A stretch of DNA of 64,000 nucleotides from Raillietiella orientalis (taxonomy: Eukaryota). This document shows, piece by piece, positions 51,140 through 61,414 of this stretch (the stretch's first letter is position 1; the number at the start of each line of letters is the position of its first letter). The position numbers and the translations under genes are program-made. The notes under the pieces are model-generated. The model was given only the letters and a program-made list of their open reading frames with translations, was not told the origin of the DNA and did no database searches. The stretch lies in the NCBI GenBank assembly GCA_036172245.1, contig JAYWIR010000030.1:1178001-1242000 (forward strand). The letters are read 5' to 3'.

Positions 51140-51506
51140 GAAGAGGGGGGTTTTATGCGTGGCTACTTCTTCCTGGAGTGGTCGAATCAGCGATTGGAGG
51201 GACTTCCGGGAAAGGAAAAAAGCCGACCTCTTGGATCGCAGATCGTTGACCGGGGATGGCCTTCCAGAGCGGACTTGACTGAGGTCGCGTCGGGGCGCCA
51301 CCATCTCCTTGCGATGTCCCCACGGTGGAGCGTGCCTTCCACCATTCGGAGAAAAGCTCCAACCCCACTTTCTTGTGGTCCAGATGGAGGAGAGGTCAAC
51401 CTCCTGTCTGTTCCCTTCCTCCCAGTGGAAGGAACGCGTGGCCGTGTGTTTCTCCAGTGCTCCTGCCAGGATCAGAAACCTGCGCGCGCTCGCTCCAGGT
51501 TTGCCC
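51140..51506 (+). mobile_element. Possible DIRS-like RT N-terminal fragment
   Basis: GGFMRGYFFLEW...QIVDRGW...EVNLL...RVFL resembles the start of DIRS RT; weak. Confidence 0.25.
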
Positions 51507-51516
51507 AATTTGGACG

Positions 51517-52253
51517 CGTTGACAGCCGCGTGGCTGGCGGTCTCCGAGAATGGCACCGAGCGCCGCGGGTTCGAATCCCTTACGGGGAGGGATCGACGCC
51601 GAGAATGGAGGTTTTTGATCCCCCTCCTTCCCCCACAGGATGACGCTGGTTGGCCTTACAGGCTTTGAGTGCGGCACTGATGGAAACCGGATGCACCCGT
51701 TGAATGACCCTCCGGAGCCCTTCCAGGAATCCAGGAGCTCTTCGGGGTTCCCCTCCAGTTGTGAAAATGAAGCCGTCTTCTCCCCTCGGGGGGGATCCCC
51801 ATTGCGTACCATGCAGCTGGTTGGTTGAGACCCCCTTCAGAGTGTCAAGAAGCGCGCTGCTCCTTTCAGGAAGTGACTCTTCAGGGAAATTGGGAAGCGT
51901 CCCTTCGGGGTTCCCTTCAGAGGAGAAAAGGAGGAACAGATCCTTTCTGGGTTCCCTCCGGAGAGCTGTCTTCTCCAGGGGGTCCCTCCGGATAGGAGGA
52001 TCAGGAGATTCCCTTCGAAAATGACCAAGAAGGAGGGTTCCTTTCGAGGTCCCACTACCAGCCGTAAGAGGAACGGACTATTCCCTCCGGAGCCTTCCTG
52101 AATTCATAGGGTGCTCCCTTAGGGGTGCCCCCTATAACTCGAAACGCTCATACGCACTCTCTGATGGCGTGGGGACAGCGTTAAGGAGCTTCGTGAGCCT
52201 TAGGCGCATGGTTCTTCAGCGCTTAGCGAACGAAAGAAAAAAAAAGGAAGTTT
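51517..52253 (+). mobile_element. Full-length tRNA-derived SINE (~740 bp)
   Basis: A-box-like TGGCTGGCGG (51531-51540), canonical B-box GGTTCGAATCC (51568-51578), conserved body and A-rich tail; flanked by AATTTGGACG / AAGTTGGACG. Confidence 0.85.
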
Positions 52254-52779
52254 AAGTTGGACGGGGGCCTAAAATGGTGCTGGAGGGTAAACGGACCGCG
52301 TGGTGGTCGTGCCATCCTATCTTTATCACCCAGACGGTCAAGTTGGACCGTGAGGAACGAGCCGCCGCTACCCGAGCGCAGCTGAACGCTGCTGCCAAGT
52401 GAGTGGCAGGGCTTTGAAGATTTGGGACTGACCTAGGTTTCCGGGGGGGAAGGGGGTTGCATCTCATCTCACCGGTGAGAAAGGGAGAGAGTGAGGAATC
52501 CTCCTCGGATCCTCTGGTGTCTTTTCTTACCCTTTTTACACTTTTTTTCCTCTTCCGGTTCCTCTTCGCTCTTTACTGAGAGGGAGCCCTGCTTCCCGGA
52601 GTCTGACTCGACGGATAACCTGGGGTTTTTGGTTCGGAATAGCCCGAGTGAAGTCTCTGAGGGTTGCATGTTGTTTGAGGGCGAGGTGGGGTAGAAAAAC
52701 TGGGGCTCCGCGGTTGCTTTCTCGGGTCCCCGTTATCAAGTCTCCTTGGTATCTTGCTGGTGGTGAGGACTGCTCTCTT

Positions 52780-55620
52780 GTGGGCGCGATGATCTATCAC
52801 TCCCTCCGCATCCTCTGTTAACAGGACAGAAACAGTCCTTCTTTGTCTCTGGCCGCGTTCCCTGACCTGCGATTCCGATCACGGTCCTTTGAGGACCGCG
52901 CTGAGAGAGTTCTCTGGTCCCACGAAGAGAAAATCTTCATCCCACTTTCATTTTCAGAGGCATGGGGCACCCTCGCCGCTAACCTGAAGGATGTTACAAT
53001 TCCTGGAGCTGTCTTCAACAGGAACCTTGTTGTTAGTCGTTCTGGCCTTTTATACAGAAAACATACGGTAAGTGCCTTTCTCTTTTTGCACTCTCTGGGC
53101 CGCGCTTTTGGGGTCATAGCGATGACCGAAAACCTCGGGTTCCGGAACGATGTGTCCCCTGCTCTTGCTCTTGTTGGGATGCTGCTCTTCTTGTTGGGAA
53201 GCCTCGATTGTACTGTTACCGGACGCTGAGCTCTTCCGGAAAATCTGTGACCTCTGCCGAAGCGCGTGGAAGTGCTCCTTCGTTTCCTGGAGCTGATCTT
53301 GGGTCTAAGACACGCATGCCTTCCCAGAACATCCCAGCTTTCCGGATCCGCCCAGTGCTGACAGGAGTGCAAGACATGCTCTCCCACCCAACGAGAGATC
53401 CTCAGCACCACCCTTCCCCCTCATCCTTCTCCGACCAGATAGCATTTGAAATGATCGTTTGGTTGCATATGCTGCAGTTGGAGGCTGCTCTTCGACATCG
53501 GTTGTTGCCTTGCTTTTCCCTACGGGCGAGCCATAGAACAAACATCTGCTGCCTGTTTCATCCAAACCAGGATGATTTCCCTTCTGCACTCCATGAAGGT
53601 TCCTCGCCAGTCATCGCCGTCGTTTCATCACAAAGCAGGGACAGAGGAACGCGCCTCCCTTCGGTGCCTTTAAGCTTCGAAGCGTCCAGGACGCTAATGG
53701 CACTGCGTTCTTGTTCCTTTCCTGCTGCCTCCTCCGGAAGTTGCATCAGTCCCCCACTCGTGGTTCCCTCCGTGCCAGAGGACAAGAAGTTACCAATCTT
53801 CCCGACCTCGGAACATGCTCTTTCAGTTTCCGGACCTCGGAATGGTTAGATGACGTGAAGTCCCCGGCATACGCCCACCCGGACAACTCTTGGGAAGGAA
53901 TGATCCGGTCCTTGGATCATGGGCCCATCAACCTGAGAAACTCTACCTTCTCCACTAAGTTGGCTTCCTTTGGCTTCCGTTAAAGACCTCAGAAGGCTTA
54001 TCATGCACCGACAAAAGCTTGAAGACCTCCGTAGGCTTCCACTAAAGGTCACTTCTCTTCCTTGAGGACTCTGCAGACCCTCCCTAGCTACACACATCTT
54101 CCCCAACGAGAGCTCTGTTACTCTAGAAAGAAGACATCGCGACGCACTTTAAGAAGGCATCATGGAGGCACCGAAGCACGATGGGAGGTGAACGGGCAGC
54201 CACAAAAGTGCACCCTCTGCATTCCTTCTCCCCAAGCCCCGTAACCTTCTGTATGCGGCATCCAGGGAATTGGGAAGCACCTGCATGCGTCTTTCTCCTT
54301 CTCATCAAGTGTTCCCGGACCATTTCGGAAATCCCGTTCGCAATGCTCTCTGCCGCACTTTGGCGGCGTTCCCGGAGGGTATCGTTTCCAGAAGCAGCAA
54401 GTCATGGATTCCCCACTTTTCTCAGCCGCTCGCGAGAGCAGCTGGAAGGCTGTGATCGAATCCCAGCGCGCACACGCTTTTAGTCGCATCGTCGGTCCGC
54501 GACTTGCATGTGTGCACTCGGGCATTGCTCACTGACGCATCTTGGCGCCCTTCCCCAGCCATCATCTTCCTCCAAGCTGCTGCTGAACACCTTTGTTCAC
54601 CGGTGGAGCATGGTCTCGTGTACTCGCCCCTACCACCTCGATCCTTTTCTCCCTTGCCCAGTGGTCCTTCTCCTGCGGTTTCCAGGCATCTGCGCGGTTT
54701 TTCAAGAAAGGGAGTTCCCCATCGTCCGCACCACCGTAGGGTTTCTTTTCTTCTCCACTGGAGTTTCCCTTCCTCTGAATGGGCCTCGAGTACAGTAGAC
54801 AAAGTCTGAGGTGATCCTCTTCCTCCTCCCTTCCCTTCCTTCGCTCCATACGACCTCCCCCTCCCCTCCTGCCGCGCTTTAGAGCCGCAGAAATCCTCCC
54901 ATTCGAGACCAGATGCATCTCCTGCAGATGCATCTTCTCGATCTCTCTTTGCACTCCGCCTCCTTCTCGAGGGCGACCGGAGAGAGGTCCCACATCCTAT
55001 TGGTCACGTCCCCTTGGCAAGGTCCCTCCCGCTGCGACCTGGAGACTGCTCACATCCTTGCGTAGTCGGCTCCGCGCAGGATAGATCTTTCGCTTTCTGT
55101 CGCCGCTTCGGTCTGGGACCACCGTCGACAGGAGGATGGAAAACGCCTCAGGGAATTTTCGTATGCGCAGTCGGTTGGTGATCCTGTCTCCTCCACAGTC
55201 CCGGTGTGCACTCAGAGAGTTGGGATCAGAGGTCGTCGAGGTCTCACAGCCCGGGATATCCTCTTGCTGGGCGCTGCAAAGCCCGGCATGTTCGAGGAAA
55301 AGCGCGCCGAATGCTCCGGGGCTGTCCCTGCTCCAGATGGCGAAGACCATGGCCAGCAGCAGCCCGCAGTCTCGTCGATTTGCCGCCGACCGCGTCGTGG
55401 CCGCTCCTCCTGTACCGTCGTCTCGCCCGGTGAGCGGCTCTCCTCTCGCCGCCATGTTGCGTTTCCGATCCAGTTCCCAACCTCCTCTTCCCTTCCTCTT
55501 TTCATCTTCTTTCTCTCTTCCTCTTTCCTTCCTCTTTTTTTCCTCTTCGTTGTTTCTCCCCTTTCCTCCTCTTCAGAAAACCTTCCCTCCAGGGTCCTCC
55601 CTCACCCCTGCTCCGTCTGC
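52780..55620 (+). mobile_element. Decayed L1/Tx1-like ORF2 spanning the first GluCl coding exon and the following intron
   Basis: Colinear relics: EN-like VLWSH, LLGSLDCTV (GDFNC-like) and FSDQ (SDH-like); RT-like KSP, GPINLRN...KLA and ARWEVNG; YHLDPFLPCP; WRLL (~55040); pyrimidine-rich 3' UTR 55470-55620. By-eye. Confidence 0.5.
52991..53067 (+). CDS. GluCl: GluCl putative first coding (signal-peptide) exon; exon spans 52958-53067
   Basis: Acceptor CTTTCATTTTCAG ends at 52957. In-frame TGA just upstream of ATG 52991 (A at -3). Encodes MLQFLELSSTGTLLLVVLAFYTENI(R) with a hydrophobic core. Strong donor CG|GTAAGT in phase 2 matches the phase of the next exon. Confidence 0.62.
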
Positions 55621-55760
55621 GGTTCCCTCTGGCTTCATGAGTTCGGTCAAGGACGGAGGGGTCTCGGCACTCCACTCCGGACGCCATTCCGCACGATGTA
55701 CTTTCGATCAATCGGGCCGTCAATTCCCGCGTGTCCTTCTAAGTCCTCTGCGTCTTCCAG

Positions 55761-55861
55761 CTGCCTTAACTACCGCCAGAAGGAACGGGAGATCCTGGAC
55801 AAAGTGCTGAGCGAGATGGTCTACGACCGGCGCATCCGCCCCTCCGGCACCAACGGTTCAG
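55761..55861 (+). CDS. GluCl: Glutamate-gated chloride channel subunit, N-terminal helix exon
   Basis: TCTTCCAG acceptor, G|GTAAG donor. Encodes CLNYRQKEREILDKVLSEMVYDRRIRPSGTNGS, matching arthropod GluCl N(F/Y)REKEK..LD.IL....YD.RIRPSG.NG(T/S). Confidence 0.93.
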
Positions 55862-57058
55862 GTAAGGCAAGACGAGGACGCGCATCCGCCCCGGCCACCT
55901 GATCCTCCTCACCTCCCATGAGAGTCGGTACCCAACCTCTCCCGCGTCTCAGAGACTCCAGAGAGACCGTGATGCTTCCGCATCCTCCTGATCAGTGTCC
56001 TAGGTTAGCTGCGGACTCCTCTACTCCCTGAAAGGTATTCACCTAGGAGTTTGTTCGTGGGTGACTCGTGAGCCCCCAGAGGAAAGACAGGTTCAGGGAA
56101 GCTGCTCCTTACCTCACTGTGAGTCCTCACTGGGCGGAAGGTCTGCCGGCGAGCCTGGATCTTTCGCTTTCTGGATCCAGGGGGAGGTCGCCGACAGCAG
56201 CAGGACGGGTGCGCCGCTGGGCAGGACCAGAAACGCCTCTTTTCTGAGATCTGCGCACGAGAGGTCATCTCTGCCAGAAGGTTTCTTCTCCCTCCTGTGC
56301 CCTGTTGTTGATCTCGTTTCCTTCTCCCTCTCAGCCATCCCAGCGTGGCCATCCGGAAGGAGGCAGTGCTTTCGCTAAACCTCGACCCGTCCTGCGCAGC
56401 GTTCTGGCCATCCTGTGTTCCTCCCTCTCCCGCGGGGAAGGGGGCGGGGAGCTCCAAACCCCATTCGACCAAATGCCTGGAGACCTGAAGCCTTCCGACC
56501 CCTCCCGCCCAAGAATCCGGGTGTCGCAGGCCCCCGGCGGGCGTGGTGCTCAGCTGCGAGCGTTGTCCTCTGCGGGTGGATCGGCGAGAAAGTAAGCGGT
56601 CGTCGTGGAAATGGAGGGGATGTAGATGGGACCTTTCCGTCCCTCCAGGAACGCCGAAAGGGGGGGAGGAGAGGAGCAGCTTCCCTCCCTTCAGAGGGAA
56701 TCCGGGAGGGGCGCTCCGGGTGTGTGGGAGAATCGGAATGGAATGAGCATGCGCACGCGCGAGGGGGGGAGGAATGGGGAATAGCGCGTTCCTCCGGGAT
56801 GCCCTTCCCCACCCATTCTCCCCACTCCCCTGCCTCCTCCTCGATTCATCCCTAACTTCTTTCCTTCCGCTGATGTGGCAGCAGCAGGGCGCCCCCTCCT
56901 GACACGCTCTTCCCTCCGGCACGCGAGGGGGGGGGGGCCTCGTACTCCCAGGGGTAAGAGAGTTCCCTGCCTTTCCCTGATCTTCTCCGGGCTCCGATGC
57001 GCTGGCGCCAGAGGGCGTCACCTGATCCGCATCTTCCTTTCTTCTTCCTTTCTTCCAG

Positions 57059-57129
57059 TCAACAACCCGACGATCGTCAAGGTGAACCTGATGCTGCGGT
57101 CCATCAGCAGGATCGACGACTACAAGATG
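57059..57129 (+). CDS. GluCl: GluCl exon equivalent to insect exon 3 (loop G)
   Basis: Long pyrimidine tract plus CAG acceptor, ATG|GTGAG donor. Encodes (V)NNPTIVKVNLMLRSISRIDDYKM; phases 1/0 fit both neighbours. Confidence 0.95.
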
Positions 57130-59139
57130 GTGAGCTTCCCTCTTTTGTAACGCCGGAAGGGAGGTGGAGGCCATCCGTGTCCCCCTTCCCCTGACTTTCC
57201 CCTGACTTTCCTGCGGGGTAGGAGGTGCCATCTGCCCTGAGGGGTTTTCCTCCCCTCCGAAGGACGCTCCAGGGGAGGAGGTTGAGCGGGGAGCCGCAGG
57301 CAGCACGGGACCTCCCTTCCCGCGTCGGCGATTCCGTTTTCCCGGTCGTCAGCCGCCGTGTACCGGACACGAGGACGGTCAGCTGCGCCGCGGACAAGAG
57401 CGGGTCGGCCGACGCCGTGACCTCCTCGCGGTCTTCTCCACACGAACTTTCGCCCTCAGGCTGAGAATCCTTTCCGAACGGGAGGGAAGAATCCCCCAGT
57501 TCTATCCCTCAAGGGGAAACGGAAGGCTGGTCGCCTCCTCCGAGTGCCATCGCTTGGGGGTATCTGCGCTCCCGATTTCCCCGGCTCCTTGCCGTCTCCT
57601 TTTCTTCGGTAGGAGGGGCACTGGAGGGCAGCGCCTTCGCCCGCAACGCTTGGCTCCGAGAAGGGACAGCCGGTCCGTCGGTGCCGCATGAGGACGTCGG
57701 TCAGCCGGCCAACAACATGCCGCCCTCCTCATGGACAGCCCTACCCACGGAGAGGGCAGGATCTGCGGCCGGTCGGCGCGGAGAGCTGTCGGAGGCGATA
57801 GCTTCGACCTCGCAGACGCAACAGCTCCCCCGCTGAGCGCAGGACCACTCTCCGTAGGTCGGGACCGTGAGCGGTCTGCTCCGCGAGCGCTTAGCCTCGA
57901 GTGCTTTCTATGCCGCGCGTCGGAAGACCTGCGGGCCTTCCCGCGGCGCTCGGCCCTTCCCCACCTAGGAGCGTCTTGACCCACCATGGGTCGTGGTCCA
58001 AGTGCGAGGCACCTCGGAGCTCGGTCTCCCCTCTGCTTCGCCCGCATGTCTCACAGCTGTCACCCCACCCCCTCCCCCCCTCACCTTCCCTCGAGTTTCC
58101 GTGGCGACCGGGGGATGCGCGCCGACCGCCGCGCCGCGATCTCCCTGCAGCACCTGCTGCCGACGACACTCCGGGAACCTTTGAGCAGCAGCGTGGAAGG
58201 GGGGAAGAAAGGGGGAAAAGGGAGGAAGGTAGCTGGAAATTCTCGACGCAGTTTTTCCGTTCAGATGCGCCGGAGAAGTTGACTCCAGTTTGTGGGGCGG
58301 AAGGGAGGAGAGGGGAAGAAGGAGGAGACCGCGGGAGCTCTGGGACGAAAGGAGGGAAGAAGAGGAGTAGGGAAGAGTGCCCAAGGTGCCTCGCTCCAAA
58401 CCGCCTGCGCCATCTCAAAATAATCGGGCAAGTGAAGTCTGCCGTCGGAGAGGAGGAGGAGGAGGAACACTGCAGCACACGTACGATCCCGCCGGAGAAC
58501 GATTCCCGGAGGTGAACGTCGGATCCTGGCAGCTCGCACGCTTCGCCTCCCTGTGGATGCAGATCAGCGAAATGCGCGGTTCCTGGAGAGGAAGAGAAGG
58601 AAGAAAAGGGAAAAAAAGACTAGCGGGAGCGCGCGCCGCCCTCCGCGCGCACGGGTGACGGAGCCAAAGCTCCGGAGATGACGCGCAGGTCCGCCTACGA
58701 GCCAGGACTGCCGCCGGTTCCAGCACAGCACGGGGTGCCGGAGCCAAAGCTTCCGTCCTGCGGAAAGCAGCAGGGCGGCGGGCATACCCCTGTCCATGCC
58801 GTGGTCGATTTCGGAGGCAGCGGTGGTATGCCTTCTGAAGACAAAAAAATGATGCGCGCTCGAAGAAGGGTGGGAGTCTCCCCCTCAAAGAGACGACTCT
58901 TCTGCCCTTCTCGATGCCTTCGCCTTTCCCGCCGGTATCGAGGTCCGCTCCTAGTTGGTGGGCAGCTCCCGGTTCCTTTTTGCCGTCGGCTCACTCCTCC
59001 AGGATACGGAGCAGGGACTCTCATGAAGCACCGCCACCACATCAGCGAGGAAGAAGGACTGCCAAAGTGGCGTCTGCGGGAAGCGCACCTTGCTGTTCCT
59101 CTTCGCTGACGTCGGGATCGCGCCTGGCGCCTGAAAGAA

Positions 59140-61050
59140 CGGTCTCCTAGAACCGAATGGTTTTCCGGCAGCGACGTGGACCATGACGCAGAAACACTTC
59201 TGAAATTGCGGATTGGTCGAGAAACGGTAAAGAAAGGTCAGAAGAAAAACTGATGGTGGAAAGAGGCTGAATGAGAAGATGCCTGGTAAACTTGAGCCCA
59301 TTTTTGTCAAGGAAATGGGCATAGCCACCAGATGTCTGAGATCCAGGGCTGTTAAGAACTCAGTCAAGAGTGTCCCTAGGAGTTATAAGGACAATTTTTC
59401 AAGCTTCTTTCAAAGTTATTAAAGGATTTCCGTAGAAGAATGCTGACTTCTGAAACGCAAGAGAACTTCAACCTTTTCTTTGAGATGTGGTTCAACTTCT
59501 AGTAGAAAAAGAAAACAAAAATGGAAAGAAAAAGAGGAAGAATTGTGCACAATTAGGGATTAGGAGCTCATTTGCCTCCTTAATCCTCGGGTATACGTGC
59601 CTGAATTCTGCCGCAGAATGCGTCATCTCCAAAGACTTTCTGAAAAGTTTTCCGACTTCCTCATCGGCCCACAGGCATCTGAAACTTCTTCAGGCTCTCC
59701 AGTTCACACAAATCTCTTCGCTCCGTCTTAGGGGTGCAGCAACTTTCTTCAAGAGTTGATCTTCCCCGTGGATACAGCTTGATATAATGCTGACCTTTCC
59801 CGAAAGAGAGCGCGTTTCCAGGACGATGGCAGTCAACTATGGATCTAAGCGGGAGAGGTTGCGGCCGTTGCAGACTGACAACCGCGCGTCGGCATTCCTG
59901 GATGTCGGGATGCTTTTCGTATGTAGCCGCCATCTCACTTCGGGTTGTTTCGTTCGGACCTAAGCAGTCAAGAGGTCGGAACGCGGCATCCAGGTGAAGG
60001 CTAGCCGCGGACCATGCTCTCAGGAGTTTCTGAGCTTGCGTGCCGTCGATGCTCCCCCGGGAAAACTCGGCCTCCTTCAGTTTCCTGGGGGCAAAGCCTG
60101 GATTCGAAAATCTTGCTGTATCTTCTTTGCGTTGGCGGCCGTGTAGCTGCCGTCCTGGCGCGAGGTACCAAGCGCTGAGGGTTCGAATTCCACCCGGGGA
60201 AAAGTCGATGCCGAGAATGGGGGGCGCGTCGTGGGTTTCGAGTTTTACCCGCAAGATGGACTGGTTGGCCCATTCGGGTGAGGTGCACTGGTGGAAGCCC
60301 GAAACCGGATGCCCCCTGCTGACCGGCTGGGATCGGAAATCGATCCTCTGAGATCTTTCCAGGAATCAAGGAACCAGTCGGTTACCTTGGGGGGCTACCC
60401 CTCCAGTTGCGAAACTGGAACCGCCCTTCACCGCGTACCATGGAGCTGGTCGATACCCTCTTCGGGAAATCGCCTTTCCAGAGTGTCAGGAGCGCTGCTT
60501 TTTTCGGGAAGAGTCTCTCCGGGGTTCTCTTCAGAGGAGGAAACCAAGGAGCGGCCTCCACGGACTGGGAGGTCTCTCCTAAGGGAATAAGGAAGAGGTT
60601 CCCTTCCAGGCGAAAGAGGAAGAGACTCTTTCCTCCGGAGCCTTCCTGGATTCATAGGGTGGTCCCTTCAGGGTTACTCCGCCGTAATTCTGAAGTTAAA
60701 CACACCCTCCGGGGATGCGGACAGCGCTGAAAGAACTCCGTGAGTCCCCCTAAGGAGGTGAACGGTTCTTCAGCACTTGGCGAACCAAAAAAAGGAAAAA
60801 GAAATTTGGACGGAAAGCAGCAGGAACAGAACCCAAAGGGATTTTCATCATGTGTTGAGGTTCTGGTTCGCGTTTCTTGGGCTCGCTCTGCAGCTTCTAG
60901 ACGTGGGTCAAGAGCTTCCACCCCACTCCTTCCGCCTTCTGAGCTGAAGCATCCTCTTATCTTCATTTCTTGGCGCGCCGATCGGCGCATTCTCTCGCCG
61001 TCCACTCGCTTCCCTCGTGCTGACCTCCGGGCGTCTTTCGATGCCGCGTG
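59140..61050 (-). mobile_element. DIRS-like recombinase-region relic interrupted by a SINE
   Basis: Minus strand KLLRAWSAASL...LRSIVDCH...GKGQHYIKLYPRG, NCP, and weak C-terminal similarity. Possible continuation at 60850-61050. Confidence 0.35.
60129..60802 (+). mobile_element. Full-length tRNA-derived SINE (~670 bp)
   Basis: Head GCGTTGGCGGCCGTGTAGCTG, B-box GGTTCGAATTCC (60180-60191), body homologous to the 51517 and 29192 copies, A-rich tail, then AATTTGGACG. Confidence 0.85.
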
Positions 61051-61344
61051 AGAAGGACGTCCGTCTCTCCCGCGAGCTCGAGGAGGGAGAGGTGGGTGGG
61101 GTGGGTGGGAGGAGGGACGTTTTGCCTTCTGCCGCCGTGTGTGCCTTGCGCTTCGCGGCACGAGGTAGTCCGAACTCTTCAGCTCGAGCGACTGGTCAGA
61201 CGGTCTCGCGCGCGCGGAGAACACACCGCCGTAGGCCCCGCAAACGGTGGCTTCTCCAGCCGCCGCCCTCCAGAAGCCGAGTGCATGCCAAGCAACTCTC
61301 TGTCTTTGTGTTGACCTTCTTAATCAGGCGGTTTTGTTTTTAAG

Positions 61345-61414
61345 GAATACAGCGCTCAGATGACTTTCCGGGAGGAATGGCTGGACGAAAGGCTCAAGTT
61401 CGACGATCTGGGAG
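61345..61414 (+). CDS. GluCl: GluCl exon (loop D); gene continues beyond the window
   Basis: TTTTGTTTTTAAG acceptor, G|GTAAG donor. Encodes EYSAQMTFREEWLDERLKFDDLG(G). The next expected exon (W.PDLFF.NEK motif) was not found before 64000. Confidence 0.95.

Noticed and set aside
51525..51590. tRNA gene
   Set aside because: B-box present, but no complete cloverleaf or poly-T terminator, and it is attached to a repeated ~650-bp body, so it is a SINE head.
56005..57306. 433-aa minus-strand ORF antisense to GluCl exon 3
   Set aside because: No recognisable domain; GC-rich shadow ORF.
57734..57800. DSPTHGEGRICGRS has the same PT-x8-RS spacing as exon 3 (possible dead alternative exon)
   Set aside because: No splice acceptor or donor, hydrophobic beta-strand residues absent, and only roughly 45% nucleotide identity by hand count; likely chance.
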